A stretch of 64,000 bases of DNA. It comes from Bacillota bacterium. Its GTDB lineage: Bacteria > Bacillota > Clostridia > Christensenellales > UMGS416. The translations under genes were made by a program, and so were the position numbers. The notes below the pieces were generated by a model that saw only the letters and a list, made by a program, of their open reading frames with translations, had not been told where the DNA came from and did no database searches. The stretch is from the NCBI GenBank assembly GCA_023422005.1, contig JAEZSC010000031.1, positions 9,514 through 73,513 of the forward strand, read 5' to 3'. Positions 10,056 to 18,581 of the stretch are shown here, in pieces (the stretch's first letter is position 1; every line of letters starts with the position of its first letter).

Positions 10056-11358
10056 GATGGTGGCGCTGTCGCTGCACACGGCCATCCTGTATCAGAGCCT
10101 GCAGCAGAGCATCCCGGCGGCGGACCCGGAGCAGACGCTGCAAGCGGTGCAGGGTGTGGCCTCCTCCCTCCTGGGGCGGGACGCCGCGTCGCCGGGCATA
10201 TCTCTGGAGCTCTATCAGAACGGCGAGCCGGTCTTCGGCAACTTCACCGGCGACCTGGGTGTGCAGCGGCCGGAGCTCTCGGTGGATGGGCAGGCCTGCC
10301 AGAGCATCTTCCGCGATGCGGGCAGCCAGACCTATCTGCTGGTTTCCAGCCGGGAGCAGCTGCGCGGGGCCGAATATACGCTGGTGTCCATCCGCGACTC
10401 CAGCGCCATTTTTGAGGCGCGCAGGAGCCTGGCCGCCCGGATGGCTGCTATCGGTACGGTGATCTCCGTGCTGGTGGCCGCGGCGCTGTTTCTGCTCACG
10501 CGGCTCATGACCCGGCGCATCGCGCTCATCCGCAACGTTTCCCACCGCCTGGCCGACGGGGACTATTCCCAGCGCATCACCATCTGCGGCCATGACGAGC
10601 TGACCGAGCTTTCCGACGATTTCAACACGATGGCCGAGGCCATCCAGCGCAACGTGAACTCCCTGGAGACCGTTGCAAGCGACCAGCGGCAGTTCATCGA
10701 CAACCTGACCCACGAAATGAAGACGCCGCTGACGTCCATCATCGGCTTTGCCGACCTGATCCGCAGCGCACGGTATATGGACGACGCCACCCGGGCGGAT
10801 TACGCCAGCAGCATCTATCAGGAGGGCCAGCGCCTCAAAGACCTGTCGGGAAAGCTCATGGAGCTCATCCTGCTAGGGCGCACGGACCCGGAGATGGAAA
10901 CACTGGATGTGGCGCTCTTCCTGCAGGAGATTGCCGCGCTCAGCGCGCCGATACTGGCCAAGCGGCAGATGGAGCTGGACCTGCACACCGAGCCAGCCGC
11001 GCTGATGGCCGACCCCAGCCTTATGCAGTCGCTGATCTTTAACCTGGTGGACAATGCCTGCAAGGCATCCCAGCCAGGGCAACGGGTGGAACTTGCCAAT
11101 TATGTAGACCGGCAGCGCCGGCTGCATATCCGCGTCAGCGACCATGGCCGGGGCATCCCCTCGGGGGAAATCCATAAGATCAAGCAGCCCTTCTATATGC
11201 TGGACAAGGCGCGCACCCGGGCCGAGGGCGGCGCGGGGCTGGGGCTGGCGCTATGCAACCGCATCGCCGCGCTGCACCACGCCGTGCTCAACATCACCAG
11301 CAAGGTGGGCCAGGGCACCGTTGTGGAGCTCGTGTTCTCCCGGGAGGTGAGCGAATGA
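9916..11358 (+). CDS. Sensor histidine kinase (2 TM, HAMP, HisKA, HATPase)
   Basis: H-box LTHEMKTPLTSI plus N, G1 and G2 boxes (DNACKAS, DHGRGIP, GGAGLGLAL). ATG at 9916 follows GGAGAAGGA. Confidence 0.9.
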   Translation: MRFGQKIFLLTLALVTLAVYAMGWMMILSSHRARMDQETQRALREHEMVALSLHTAILYQSLQQSIPAADPEQTLQAVQGVASSLLGRDAASPGISLELYQNGEPVFGNFTGDLGVQRPELSVDGQACQSIFRDAGSQTYLLVSSREQLRGAEYTLVSIRDSSAIFEARRSLAARMAAIGTVISVLVAAALFLLTRLMTRRIALIRNVSHRLADGDYSQRITICGHDELTELSDDFNTMAEAIQRNVNSLETVASDQRQFIDNLTHEMKTPLTSIIGFADLIRSARYMDDATRADYASSIYQEGQRLKDLSGKLMELILLGRTDPEMETLDVALFLQEIAALSAPILAKRQMELDLHTEPAALMADPSLMQSLIFNLVDNACKASQPGQRVELANYVDRQRRLHIRVSDHGRGIPSGEIHKIKQPFYMLDKARTRAEGGAGLGLALCNRIAALHHAVLNITSKVGQGTVVELVFSREVSE

Positions 11359-12575
11359 GGCGCGTGCAGGAATCCCCAACGCTGTCTCGCAGGGCCAGGG
11401 GCCCGGCGCGCCGGGTGCGGGCTCTGCCGGAAGGCTTCCTGGGTAACGCATTGACGCTGGCCGCGGCGCTGGCCATCCTGCTGGCCGGATTTCTTGCCGC
11501 CATCAACATAGACCGTCTGCTGCCCTCGGGCAAGGGTATGCTGGCAGTCAGCCGATCCCGCAACCAGCTGGACGAAAGCTGGCTGCAAGGTGTGGGCCGT
11601 GGCACCTCGCTGCAGGTGTTCCCCTACGACGGGTCCGGCACGACGTTGGAAGAGCTGGACAAGGACACTGCACTGCCGGCGCTGCTGGGCATAAGAGATC
11701 TGATAAACCTGTCGGGCCTGATCGTCAAGCAATGGACGCATATGCCCGACGGCAGCGCGATGAAGCCCTTTTGGTCAGCCATGTGGTTTAGCCAGTACGA
11801 TGATACAATCCCCGATATTTCGGCATATCTGCGCCTGGAGGACATACAGGAAAAAGCCCGCAGCCTTGGCGCGTATGACGGTTTCACACCATCGCCCACC
11901 AAGGTGGCGCCCGCGGTCACCGTTTTTGTGCCGGACGCCGCAGACGAACAATATAATGGCGTGACCGTACCGCTTGAGACCGTACCACTGGAGACCGTAC
12001 CGCTGGAGACCGTGCCGCCGGGCGCCAGCCTGAACGCCGCCCAGTACGCCTGCGTGCTCAAATCCCCGCTGCCCGGCTTGGCCGCCCCGGAGCGCTGGCT
12101 TTTATACCGTGTGCCCATCGCATGGTACCAGAAGAAGGAAGCCGAGGATGTGCCCGCGTCGTGCATCTTCATCGCCGACGGAGTCCATCACGCTTCCCGG
12201 GGGCTGGTCCATCTCTTCCTGCACGAACCCGGCCAGAGCTTCCCCGGCAGCTTCACCGAAACCAACGACGAGGCCTCCCTGCAATACATCAAGGCCCAGG
12301 CCGCCGCCTTCCTGGATTTGCTGCTCAACGCGCCGGACCGGGAGAAAAACAGCACCTTCTACGACAAAAGAATGGTTGCGGAGTGGCATGCCCGCGGGAA
12401 CACCCGCCCCGCCGATACGCGGGGCCTGGTCTCGGTGGAGGCGGACGCATGCTACGTTGCGGGCAATTTGTTCGCCGTGTCCTTCCCCTGCGAGGGCGGC
12501 GGGCGCATCCTGCTGTACGTGGATGCCGCCACGATGAGCTTCCGGGGGTTCACCCGCCAGTATACCGGCAGATAA
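11355..12575 (+). CDS. Hypothetical N-terminally membrane-anchored protein, translationally coupled to the kinase
   Basis: ATGA start/stop overlap with the kinase gene, GGAGG RBS, one N-terminal TM segment and an internal VPLET x3 repeat. No recognisable domain. Confidence 0.6.
   Translation: MRRVQESPTLSRRARGPARRVRALPEGFLGNALTLAAALAILLAGFLAAINIDRLLPSGKGMLAVSRSRNQLDESWLQGVGRGTSLQVFPYDGSGTTLEELDKDTALPALLGIRDLINLSGLIVKQWTHMPDGSAMKPFWSAMWFSQYDDTIPDISAYLRLEDIQEKARSLGAYDGFTPSPTKVAPAVTVFVPDAADEQYNGVTVPLETVPLETVPLETVPPGASLNAAQYACVLKSPLPGLAAPERWLLYRVPIAWYQKKEAEDVPASCIFIADGVHHASRGLVHLFLHEPGQSFPGSFTETNDEASLQYIKAQAAAFLDLLLNAPDREKNSTFYDKRMVAEWHARGNTRPADTRGLVSVEADACYVAGNLFAVSFPCEGGGRILLYVDAATMSFRGFTRQYTGR
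11964..12020 (+). repeat. 15-nt in-frame tandem repeat (VPLET) x3 plus a partial unit
   Basis: ACCGTACCGCTTGAG / ACCGTACCACTGGAG / ACCGTACCGCTGGAG / ACCGTGCCGCC... Confidence 0.9.
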
Positions 12576-12693
12576 GGTTTGCTTTTGCTCAGCCAACCCT
12601 AGATACCACCTTTACATTTTCCGCACATTTTACGGAGGACTCGCTGTATTCGCTCATGCTAGTGTGTGTTCATCCTACAAAGGAGAACATGCA

Positions 12694-13602
12694 ATGCAAA
12701 ACGAACGCTATCACCGGAACGCGGGAGGCTGGACGCTGCGGCGCGGAGCGGGGCTCCGGCTCTTGACGGCCCTGCTGGTGTGCACGGCGCTCTTCGCCCT
12801 CGCCGTGCGCCTGATGGCGCCCAACCGGTCGCCGGCCATGGCTGGCGATCCACCACGGCACGATGCCCAACCCAACAGCAGCATACAGCAGAGCGCGCCC
12901 ATGGGCTCATCGCAGAACCTATCGGCCCACACAGCAGCAAGCCCAGACGCGCCGGCCTTTGTGCAGCTGACCCGTGAACAGGCGGCCCAAGCCGGCACGC
13001 TGGTGTTGGTGAACAGGAATTCGGCATGGCCCCAGGGGTATGAGCCGCCGCTGATCACGATTGCTGACCGCCGCCCCAAAAACCTGGTGGGGCTGAAATC
13101 CACCGAAATGCGGGCGGACCCTACAGCCTTCGACGCGCTGATAGAACTGCTGCAGGCCGCCAGGAAGGACGGCGTGACCGGATTTCTGATCGTGTCCTCC
13201 TACCGCGGTTACGACAAGCAGAAGACGCTGTTTGATGACCGGGTGCAGGAACTGGTGCGGGACGGCATGGACCTGGACCAGGCCCAGGACCGCGCCGACG
13301 ACACCGTGGCGTGGCCCGGCAGGAGCGAGCACCACACAGGCCTGGCCTTTGACATCGTGTCTCAGAACAGCGATGGCACGCTGCAGGCCTTCCACCAGAG
13401 CACGCAGTACAATTGGATGAAGGAGCACTGCAACGATTACGGCTTCATCCTGCGCTATCCCGAAGACAAAATCAGCCTAACCGGCATCGACAACGAGCCC
13501 TGGCACTATCGCTATGTGGGAGTGGAGCACGCCCGGGCCATGGCGGAACTGGGCATGTGCCTGGAGGAGTACGTCGCGCATCTGGCGGAGAATCCTTCGT
13601 AA
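12694..13602 (+). CDS. VanY-like D-alanyl-D-alanine carboxypeptidase (M15B)
   Basis: SSYRGYDKQ, SEHHTGLAFD and EPWHYRYVG motifs of the VanY/M15 family. N-terminal TM anchor. AAGGAG RBS 8 nt upstream of the ATG. Confidence 0.85.
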   Translation: MQNERYHRNAGGWTLRRGAGLRLLTALLVCTALFALAVRLMAPNRSPAMAGDPPRHDAQPNSSIQQSAPMGSSQNLSAHTAASPDAPAFVQLTREQAAQAGTLVLVNRNSAWPQGYEPPLITIADRRPKNLVGLKSTEMRADPTAFDALIELLQAARKDGVTGFLIVSSYRGYDKQKTLFDDRVQELVRDGMDLDQAQDRADDTVAWPGRSEHHTGLAFDIVSQNSDGTLQAFHQSTQYNWMKEHCNDYGFILRYPEDKISLTGIDNEPWHYRYVGVEHARAMAELGMCLEEYVAHLAENPS

Positions 13603-13747
13603 GATGGCTCCCTGACCGGGGCGCCGGGCATATTACCAAATGTCTGCCACACCCAAAAAAACCCATGCAGATTCCTTTTTCACTTTCTGCACAACACATC
13701 ATTTCATAAATCCGGCAAATGATAATCCTAGTTTCGGAGGGTTATCA

Positions 13748-14248
13748 ATGGTTTTTATATATATAATACTAGCGCTGCTAGTTGTACTTTTCGTATGGGA
13801 TATGATTAAAGGCATCCGCATCGTGTTCACTGCCCATGCGTCAGCCACCGAAATGATCGCTCGTGTGGGTATACAGCGTCCGGTTCTGTCGTTCGAACTC
13901 CAACGGAATGCACCGTCGTCCCCAATGCTAAATATCCACCTTTTTGGCATCCGGTTGATACGCAAGGCAATGGTCGCCAAACGAAAACCTGGTGGGTTTC
14001 AAAAAGGATTACGCCTCGCAAGGGCTGCAACCATCTCCAGGCTTGTTGTATCTGCCGATTATGGTCTCGGCGACCCTTTCAATACTGCCATGGCATTACC
14101 CGCAGCAGGCGCCCTGGCTAGATTCCTGCCATTTGAACAGCTGGAAGTTGAACCGGATTACCTGTCTGTTGAACCATTCCTCTCGATTAGGGGGAATGCT
14201 ACGATAAAGTTTGGAGAAACTATTCTTAAATACATCCGAAAAAGATGA
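13748..14248 (+). CDS. DUF2953/YtfI-like membrane protein
   Basis: Single N-terminal TM, size and position directly upstream of a GerW/YtfJ-like gene, as in the Bacillus ytfI-ytfJ pair. Family assignment is from memory of that architecture. Confidence 0.45.
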   Translation: MVFIYIILALLVVLFVWDMIKGIRIVFTAHASATEMIARVGIQRPVLSFELQRNAPSSPMLNIHLFGIRLIRKAMVAKRKPGGFQKGLRLARAATISRLVVSADYGLGDPFNTAMALPAAGALARFLPFEQLEVEPDYLSVEPFLSIRGNATIKFGETILKYIRKR

Positions 14249-14263
14249 TAAGGAGAATTTACA

Positions 14264-14710
14264 ATGGACCAGAGCTACACCACAGGTCAAGACTTTACGC
14301 ACTACGTTGACTCAATCTTCGCCAACATGAAGAGCTTCTCTCAACACGACGGTATGATTGGAAAACCTGTATCCGAGGGTGGTAAGACATTCTTGCCTGT
14401 GATATCCGTTACTATGGGATATGGCGGAGGTGATTCCCATACAAACACCAATACAGGCACGCAAGGGAAAAGCGGCAAGATGATGGGTGACGTTCTGGGC
14501 GTGGGAGCCAAGCTGTGCACAGACGCAGTAATCGTTATTGATGGCAACAACGTACTGCTGGCTCCCATAGGGGCTAAAGGCGGGATGGCTCAGATGATCG
14601 ACAAGATCCCTCAGATACTCGGCGGTATGGGTCAGGGAGGGCAACAGGCGCAGCAACAACAGCAACAGCAACAGCAGCAGCAGAGTACGCAACAGAACAC
14701 GAGCTACTAA
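14264..14710 (+). CDS. GerW/YtfJ-family sporulation protein-like, with a poly-Q C-terminal tail
   Basis: GKPVSEGGKTFLPVISVTMGYGGG ... AVIVIDGNNVLL pattern typical of YtfJ/GerW. The C-terminus QQAQQQQQQQQQQQSTQQ is encoded by a CAA/CAG run at ~14645..14698. Confidence 0.6.
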   Translation: MDQSYTTGQDFTHYVDSIFANMKSFSQHDGMIGKPVSEGGKTFLPVISVTMGYGGGDSHTNTNTGTQGKSGKMMGDVLGVGAKLCTDAVIVIDGNNVLLAPIGAKGGMAQMIDKIPQILGGMGQGGQQAQQQQQQQQQQQSTQQNTSY

Positions 14711-14725
14711 AAGAACCTCTGCCAC

Positions 14726-14762
14726 AACCTCCAACGCACTCTGCTGCGTTTGGAGGTTTTCT
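14726..14762 (+). terminator. Terminator hairpin between convergent genes
   Basis: AACCTCCAACGC-loop-GCGTTTGGAGGTT followed by TTCT. Confidence 0.55.
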
Positions 14763-14824
14763 ACATTCCAAAGGATTTAAAGGGCGAGACCCTTCCCTGT
14801 CAGATGACAGAGATCGGCACGCTG

Positions 14825-15385
14825 CTACAGATTCAAGGATTTAAAATAACACACAATAATGTGGGTGAGCATCAGATGGATGTCTTCGATCTGCTCATAG
14901 GATTCGGACGCGACGTGTACGGAGATGTCGGCCATCGCCTTGAGCTTTCCACCTGAAAAACCGGTAAAACCTGCAATAACGCCGTGCTTCGATTTGGCAT
15001 ACTCGGCGGCCCTTACGATGTCCGGTGAATTGCCACTTGCCGAAATCAACAGCACCAGGTCTCCTTCCTCCATGAGGTTCTTCATCTGTTCGACGAAGAT
15101 ATCGTCGAAACCGATGTCGTTACCGATGGCGGTGATCGCTTCTACATTGCTGGCCAGGCTGATGATCTTCGCTCTCTTCTCGTTGTTCCTTACCGCGTTT
15201 TTGCTGAAGTCACAGAAGAAGTGGTTGGCGGTCGCCGCGCTGCCACCGTTCCCCGCCACAAAGATACGCCGGTTTGCATCATAGGCTTCTTTGAACGCTT
15301 TGAGGACTTGGGACAAACCATCCCCATCCAAACCGGCGCAGAGAGCCATAACCTCATTTACATAGCCTTTGATCAAGTTTTCCAT
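14825..15385 (-). CDS. SIS-domain sugar-phosphate isomerase, GmhA-like
   Basis: GNGGSAATANHF and ISASGNSP motifs; ~186 aa like phosphoheptose isomerase. TAATG overlap with the upstream ROK gene. Confidence 0.75.
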   Translation of the reverse strand: MENLIKGYVNEVMALCAGLDGDGLSQVLKAFKEAYDANRRIFVAGNGGSAATANHFFCDFSKNAVRNNEKRAKIISLASNVEAITAIGNDIGFDDIFVEQMKNLMEEGDLVLLISASGNSPDIVRAAEYAKSKHGVIAGFTGFSGGKLKAMADISVHVASESYEQIEDIHLMLTHIIVCYFKSLNL

Positions 15386-16293
15386 TACAGTATACCGCTT
15401 TCCTTTCGTGCCATCGCCGCGCAGCCGATCAGTGCGGCCTCGTATCCCAGCGATGTTTTCTCAATTTTTAGGTTTGGATTGGCAGTTTTGAATAAATACC
15501 GGCTCACCGCGTATTGCATTGCGGGGTAGAGCAGCTCAAAGTCCTGGGAGACTCCGCCTCCCAGCACAACCTTCTCCAGGTTCAGCAGGTTGACGCAGTA
15601 TGCGATTGCCTTGCCCAGATAACGGGCCGCTTGTTCGTAGATTCCAGCGGCGGTTGCATCGCCCGCCTTGGCACAGGCCGCAACTTCCTTGGCGCATTTA
15701 TCTTCGCCGGTGGCCGCCCGATAGATGGCGGAGATGGATGCGCCGGAAGCCACCGCCTCCAGGCATCCGTAGGCGCCGCACCCGCATCTCCACGGCGAAT
15801 CCTCCTCCACGACAAAGTGGCCAATCTCCCCTGCGCAGTTGTACTTCCCTCGGTATATCTCGCCGCCCAGCACCAGGCCGCCACCAACCCCATTGCTGAC
15901 GGTAATCCACAGAAAATTGTCGGTATCCCTGCAGGAGCCATATACCTTCTCTGCGATGGCGCATACGTTCACGTCGTTATCTACATACACCGGCAGCCCA
16001 AGGCGCTGCGAGAGAATCCGCGCCACCGGCACATTCCGAATACCGGAAAACGGCGCGTACAGCCACATTCCTTCTTCGGGGTCCGCCAGCCCCGGTATCG
16101 TTACCCCGCAGCAGCAAGCGCCTTTTAGATCTTCGGTTATCTCGCAGATCTTCCCAATCAGCCACGCCGCGTCAAACTCTTTGGGCAGAGCTGTTCCGGT
16201 CTTTCGGAGTACCTGGCCGGTTTCATCTACCAGTCCTGCCAGTATTTTTGACCCCCCAATGTCGATGGCAAGTGCTTGTTTTTCTTGAACCAT
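15385..16293 (-). CDS. ROK family sugar kinase
   Basis: N-terminal ATP motif AIDIGGSKI and the ROK signature with a CxCGxxGCxE zinc motif (CGCGAYGCLE). No HTH domain. Confidence 0.85.
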   Translation of the reverse strand: MVQEKQALAIDIGGSKILAGLVDETGQVLRKTGTALPKEFDAAWLIGKICEITEDLKGACCCGVTIPGLADPEEGMWLYAPFSGIRNVPVARILSQRLGLPVYVDNDVNVCAIAEKVYGSCRDTDNFLWITVSNGVGGGLVLGGEIYRGKYNCAGEIGHFVVEEDSPWRCGCGAYGCLEAVASGASISAIYRAATGEDKCAKEVAACAKAGDATAAGIYEQAARYLGKAIAYCVNLLNLEKVVLGGGVSQDFELLYPAMQYAVSRYLFKTANPNLKIEKTSLGYEAALIGCAAMARKESGIL

Positions 16294-16351
16294 GTCAGGC
16301 CTCACATATCCATTTTATCGTTATGCAGGTCTTCTCATAACAAACCGGCAC

Positions 16352-17527
16352 TCAGCCGTTCAGAGCCCACCCCGCTTGGCCCATCAGGAATTTTTCCATT
16401 GCGATGATCGCAGCGCTTAACGCTCCGGCGTTTTCCCGAGCCTGAGATGCGATGATTTCCAGGCCATGGATGTGGCCCGTAATGCGTACACCCTGCACGG
16501 CTTGGCGGATATGCTCCAGCAACAGATCGGGCCGGTAGGCGATGAAGCCGATCAGTATCACGGCCTCCAGATCCAAAAGGTTGGCCGTGTTGACAATGCT
16601 TTGAGCCAGATACCTCGCCTCCCGACTGACGACATCCAGGCATTGGGCGTTACCGGCCAGCGCCAAGTCTACGACGTCCTTCCAGGATGAAACGTCGCTG
16701 TGGCCCGCGAACTCCCGGCGCAAGAGGGAAGGAATTGCCGCGTACTCCTCCAGGCATCCTCGGTTTCCACAGGCGCACAGGGGTCCATCCATGTTCACCG
16801 ACGTGTGCCCGGCTTCCCCCGCAAAGCCCAGGCCCCGGAACAGCCGGCCCTCCAGCACAAGCCCTGAACCTACGCCCGTATCCACGATCATCACCATGAA
16901 GTTGCTGAAACGCCGGCCCTCCCCCAGGTTCTTCTCGTAGAGCGTACGGGCGGCAGCATTGTTCTCCAGCCAGATGCCGCAGCCGACAACCTCACGGAGT
17001 TGCTCGATCACGTTCTGGTTATGCAGCATGCGGAAGTTAGTCGGGCTGAGGACCTTGCCGGCAGTGATGTCCACCGGCCCCGGCGTGCTGACGCCGGCGC
17101 CCGTGAGCCGCTCCACGCCGCCGATGCTCCGGCAAACGTCCTGAACACGGTCACGAATGAGTGGCAGCACATCTTCAAAGGCTGCGTCGGCCGACAGCGC
17201 GAGGCCAGCTTCGGCGATGCTGTTGCCTTTGATATCTGCGATGCAGATTGAGCAGTTCACTCGAGTGATATCGATGCCCATGAAATATAAGCCCTGGTCC
17301 ATGAGCTGCAGCAGGCTGTTTTTCCTGCCCCGTTCGCCATCGGCGCCGGGCACTTCGAGGATACCCGCCTTTTGCAGGCGATCAACGATAATCGTAACGG
17401 CAGCGCGGGTCAGGCCTGTCGCGCGCGCTACATCGGCGCGGGAGACGGGGCCTCGTCGCACGATGTCGATGATGTCCAGCATGTTGTTCAGCTTCATTGA
17501 GGCCGCATTGCGGGCTGTGTCTCTCAT
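16352..17527 (-). CDS. ROK family transcriptional regulator (NagC/XylR-like)
   Basis: N-terminal winged-HTH (ISRADVARATGLTRAAVT) plus a ROK sugar-binding domain with CACGNRGCLE. Confidence 0.85.
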   Translation of the reverse strand: MRDTARNAASMKLNNMLDIIDIVRRGPVSRADVARATGLTRAAVTIIVDRLQKAGILEVPGADGERGRKNSLLQLMDQGLYFMGIDITRVNCSICIADIKGNSIAEAGLALSADAAFEDVLPLIRDRVQDVCRSIGGVERLTGAGVSTPGPVDITAGKVLSPTNFRMLHNQNVIEQLREVVGCGIWLENNAAARTLYEKNLGEGRRFSNFMVMIVDTGVGSGLVLEGRLFRGLGFAGEAGHTSVNMDGPLCACGNRGCLEEYAAIPSLLRREFAGHSDVSSWKDVVDLALAGNAQCLDVVSREARYLAQSIVNTANLLDLEAVILIGFIAYRPDLLLEHIRQAVQGVRITGHIHGLEIIASQARENAGALSAAIIAMEKFLMGQAGWALNG

Positions 17528-17598
17528 GAGCACCTTCTTTTGGGGCAAACATCAGGTGATGAATTCTACTTCTGGCATTTTGCACTGTAGGGACTGAT

Positions 17599-17615
17599 TG
17601 TTAAACCAAATAACA
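17599..17615. promoter_or_regulatory. Operator candidate 1 (TGTTAA-N5-ATAACA)
   Basis: TGTTAAACCAAATAACA in the divergent ROK-regulator/HAD intergenic region. Near-identical second copy 114 bp away. Confidence 0.45.
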
Positions 17616-17712
17616 TAAATTATAGAGCAGAAAGCCTCGTTGTCAACGAATGATTTGACCAGGATAGTTGAATATTTCACTGTAATGGATTAAAATGGAC
17701 GTGCAATTACTA

Positions 17713-17729
17713 TGTTAAACCGATTAACA
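17713..17729. promoter_or_regulatory. Operator candidate 2 (TGTTAA-N5-TTAACA)
   Basis: TGTTAAACCGATTAACA, with perfect 6-bp inverted arms, 17 nt upstream of the HAD gene start. Confidence 0.45.
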
Positions 17730-17745
17730 ATAAGCAGAGGTCCTT

Positions 17746-18576
17746 ATGAGCAATCAAATCTCTTGGGCCATCGAGAAGGTCCGTCCCCTTCCCATCCGTC
17801 GGCAGTTCCATTCCGCTTTGTTCGATTTCGACGGTACGATCAGCCTGATCCGCCAGGGCTGGCAGGATGTCATGAAGCCCTACTTCTTTGAGGTGCTCAA
17901 GTCCACACCCAAGGCGGAGGACGATGCTGCGGTTATGCGCTGCATCCATGATTTTGTGGACCTGCTGACTGGCAAGCAGACGATTTACCAGTGCATCGCG
18001 CTGGCGGAGGAAGTGGAAAAGCGCGGCGGCAAGCCGGAAAACCCGCAAGTCTACAAGGACGAGTACAACCGCCGGCTGCTGGTGCGCATCGAGGACCGCA
18101 TCAGGGGGTTGGAAGAAGGGCGTTTAAGGCCTGCCGACCTGGTGGTACCCGGGTCATTTGAACTGCTGCAGGCCTTGCGGGAGCGGGGCTTGACGCTCTA
18201 CCTGGCCAGCGGTACCGATGAGGAATATGTACTGCGGGAGTCTGCGCTGCTAGGTGTGGATACGTTTTTCAACGGCGGCATCTACGGCGCCCAGCAGGAT
18301 TACAGGCTCTTCTCCAAGAAAATGATCGTAAACAAGATCATCACGACCCACAATCTCCATGGCGGTGAGCTGCTGGGCTTTGGTGACGGCTATGTGGAGA
18401 TAGAGAACATCAGGGAAGCCGGCGGCTTTGCCGTGGGCGTAGCGTCCGACGAGGTGCAAAAGATCGGCGTAGACCAGTGGAAGCGCAGCAGGCTCATCGG
18501 CGCTGGCGCGGATATCATCATTGGCGATTACAGCAGCACGAAAACACTGCTGGACTACATCTTTGCGGGAGTGTGA
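17746..18576 (+). CDS. HAD-superfamily hydrolase/phosphatase
   Basis: Motif I DFDGT, motif II SGT and motif IV GDG, with an inserted cap domain. Confidence 0.8.
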   Translation: MSNQISWAIEKVRPLPIRRQFHSALFDFDGTISLIRQGWQDVMKPYFFEVLKSTPKAEDDAAVMRCIHDFVDLLTGKQTIYQCIALAEEVEKRGGKPENPQVYKDEYNRRLLVRIEDRIRGLEEGRLRPADLVVPGSFELLQALRERGLTLYLASGTDEEYVLRESALLGVDTFFNGGIYGAQQDYRLFSKKMIVNKIITTHNLHGGELLGFGDGYVEIENIREAGGFAVGVASDEVQKIGVDQWKRSRLIGAGADIIIGDYSSTKTLLDYIFAGV

Positions 18577-18581
18577 AGGAA

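Noticed and set aside
9261-13602. Considered calling the RR/HK/VanY region a vancomycin-resistance (van) operon.
   Set aside because: No D-Ala-D-Lac/Ser ligase, dehydrogenase/racemase or VanX dipeptidase gene is present. Only the regulatory pair and a VanY-type peptidase are seen.
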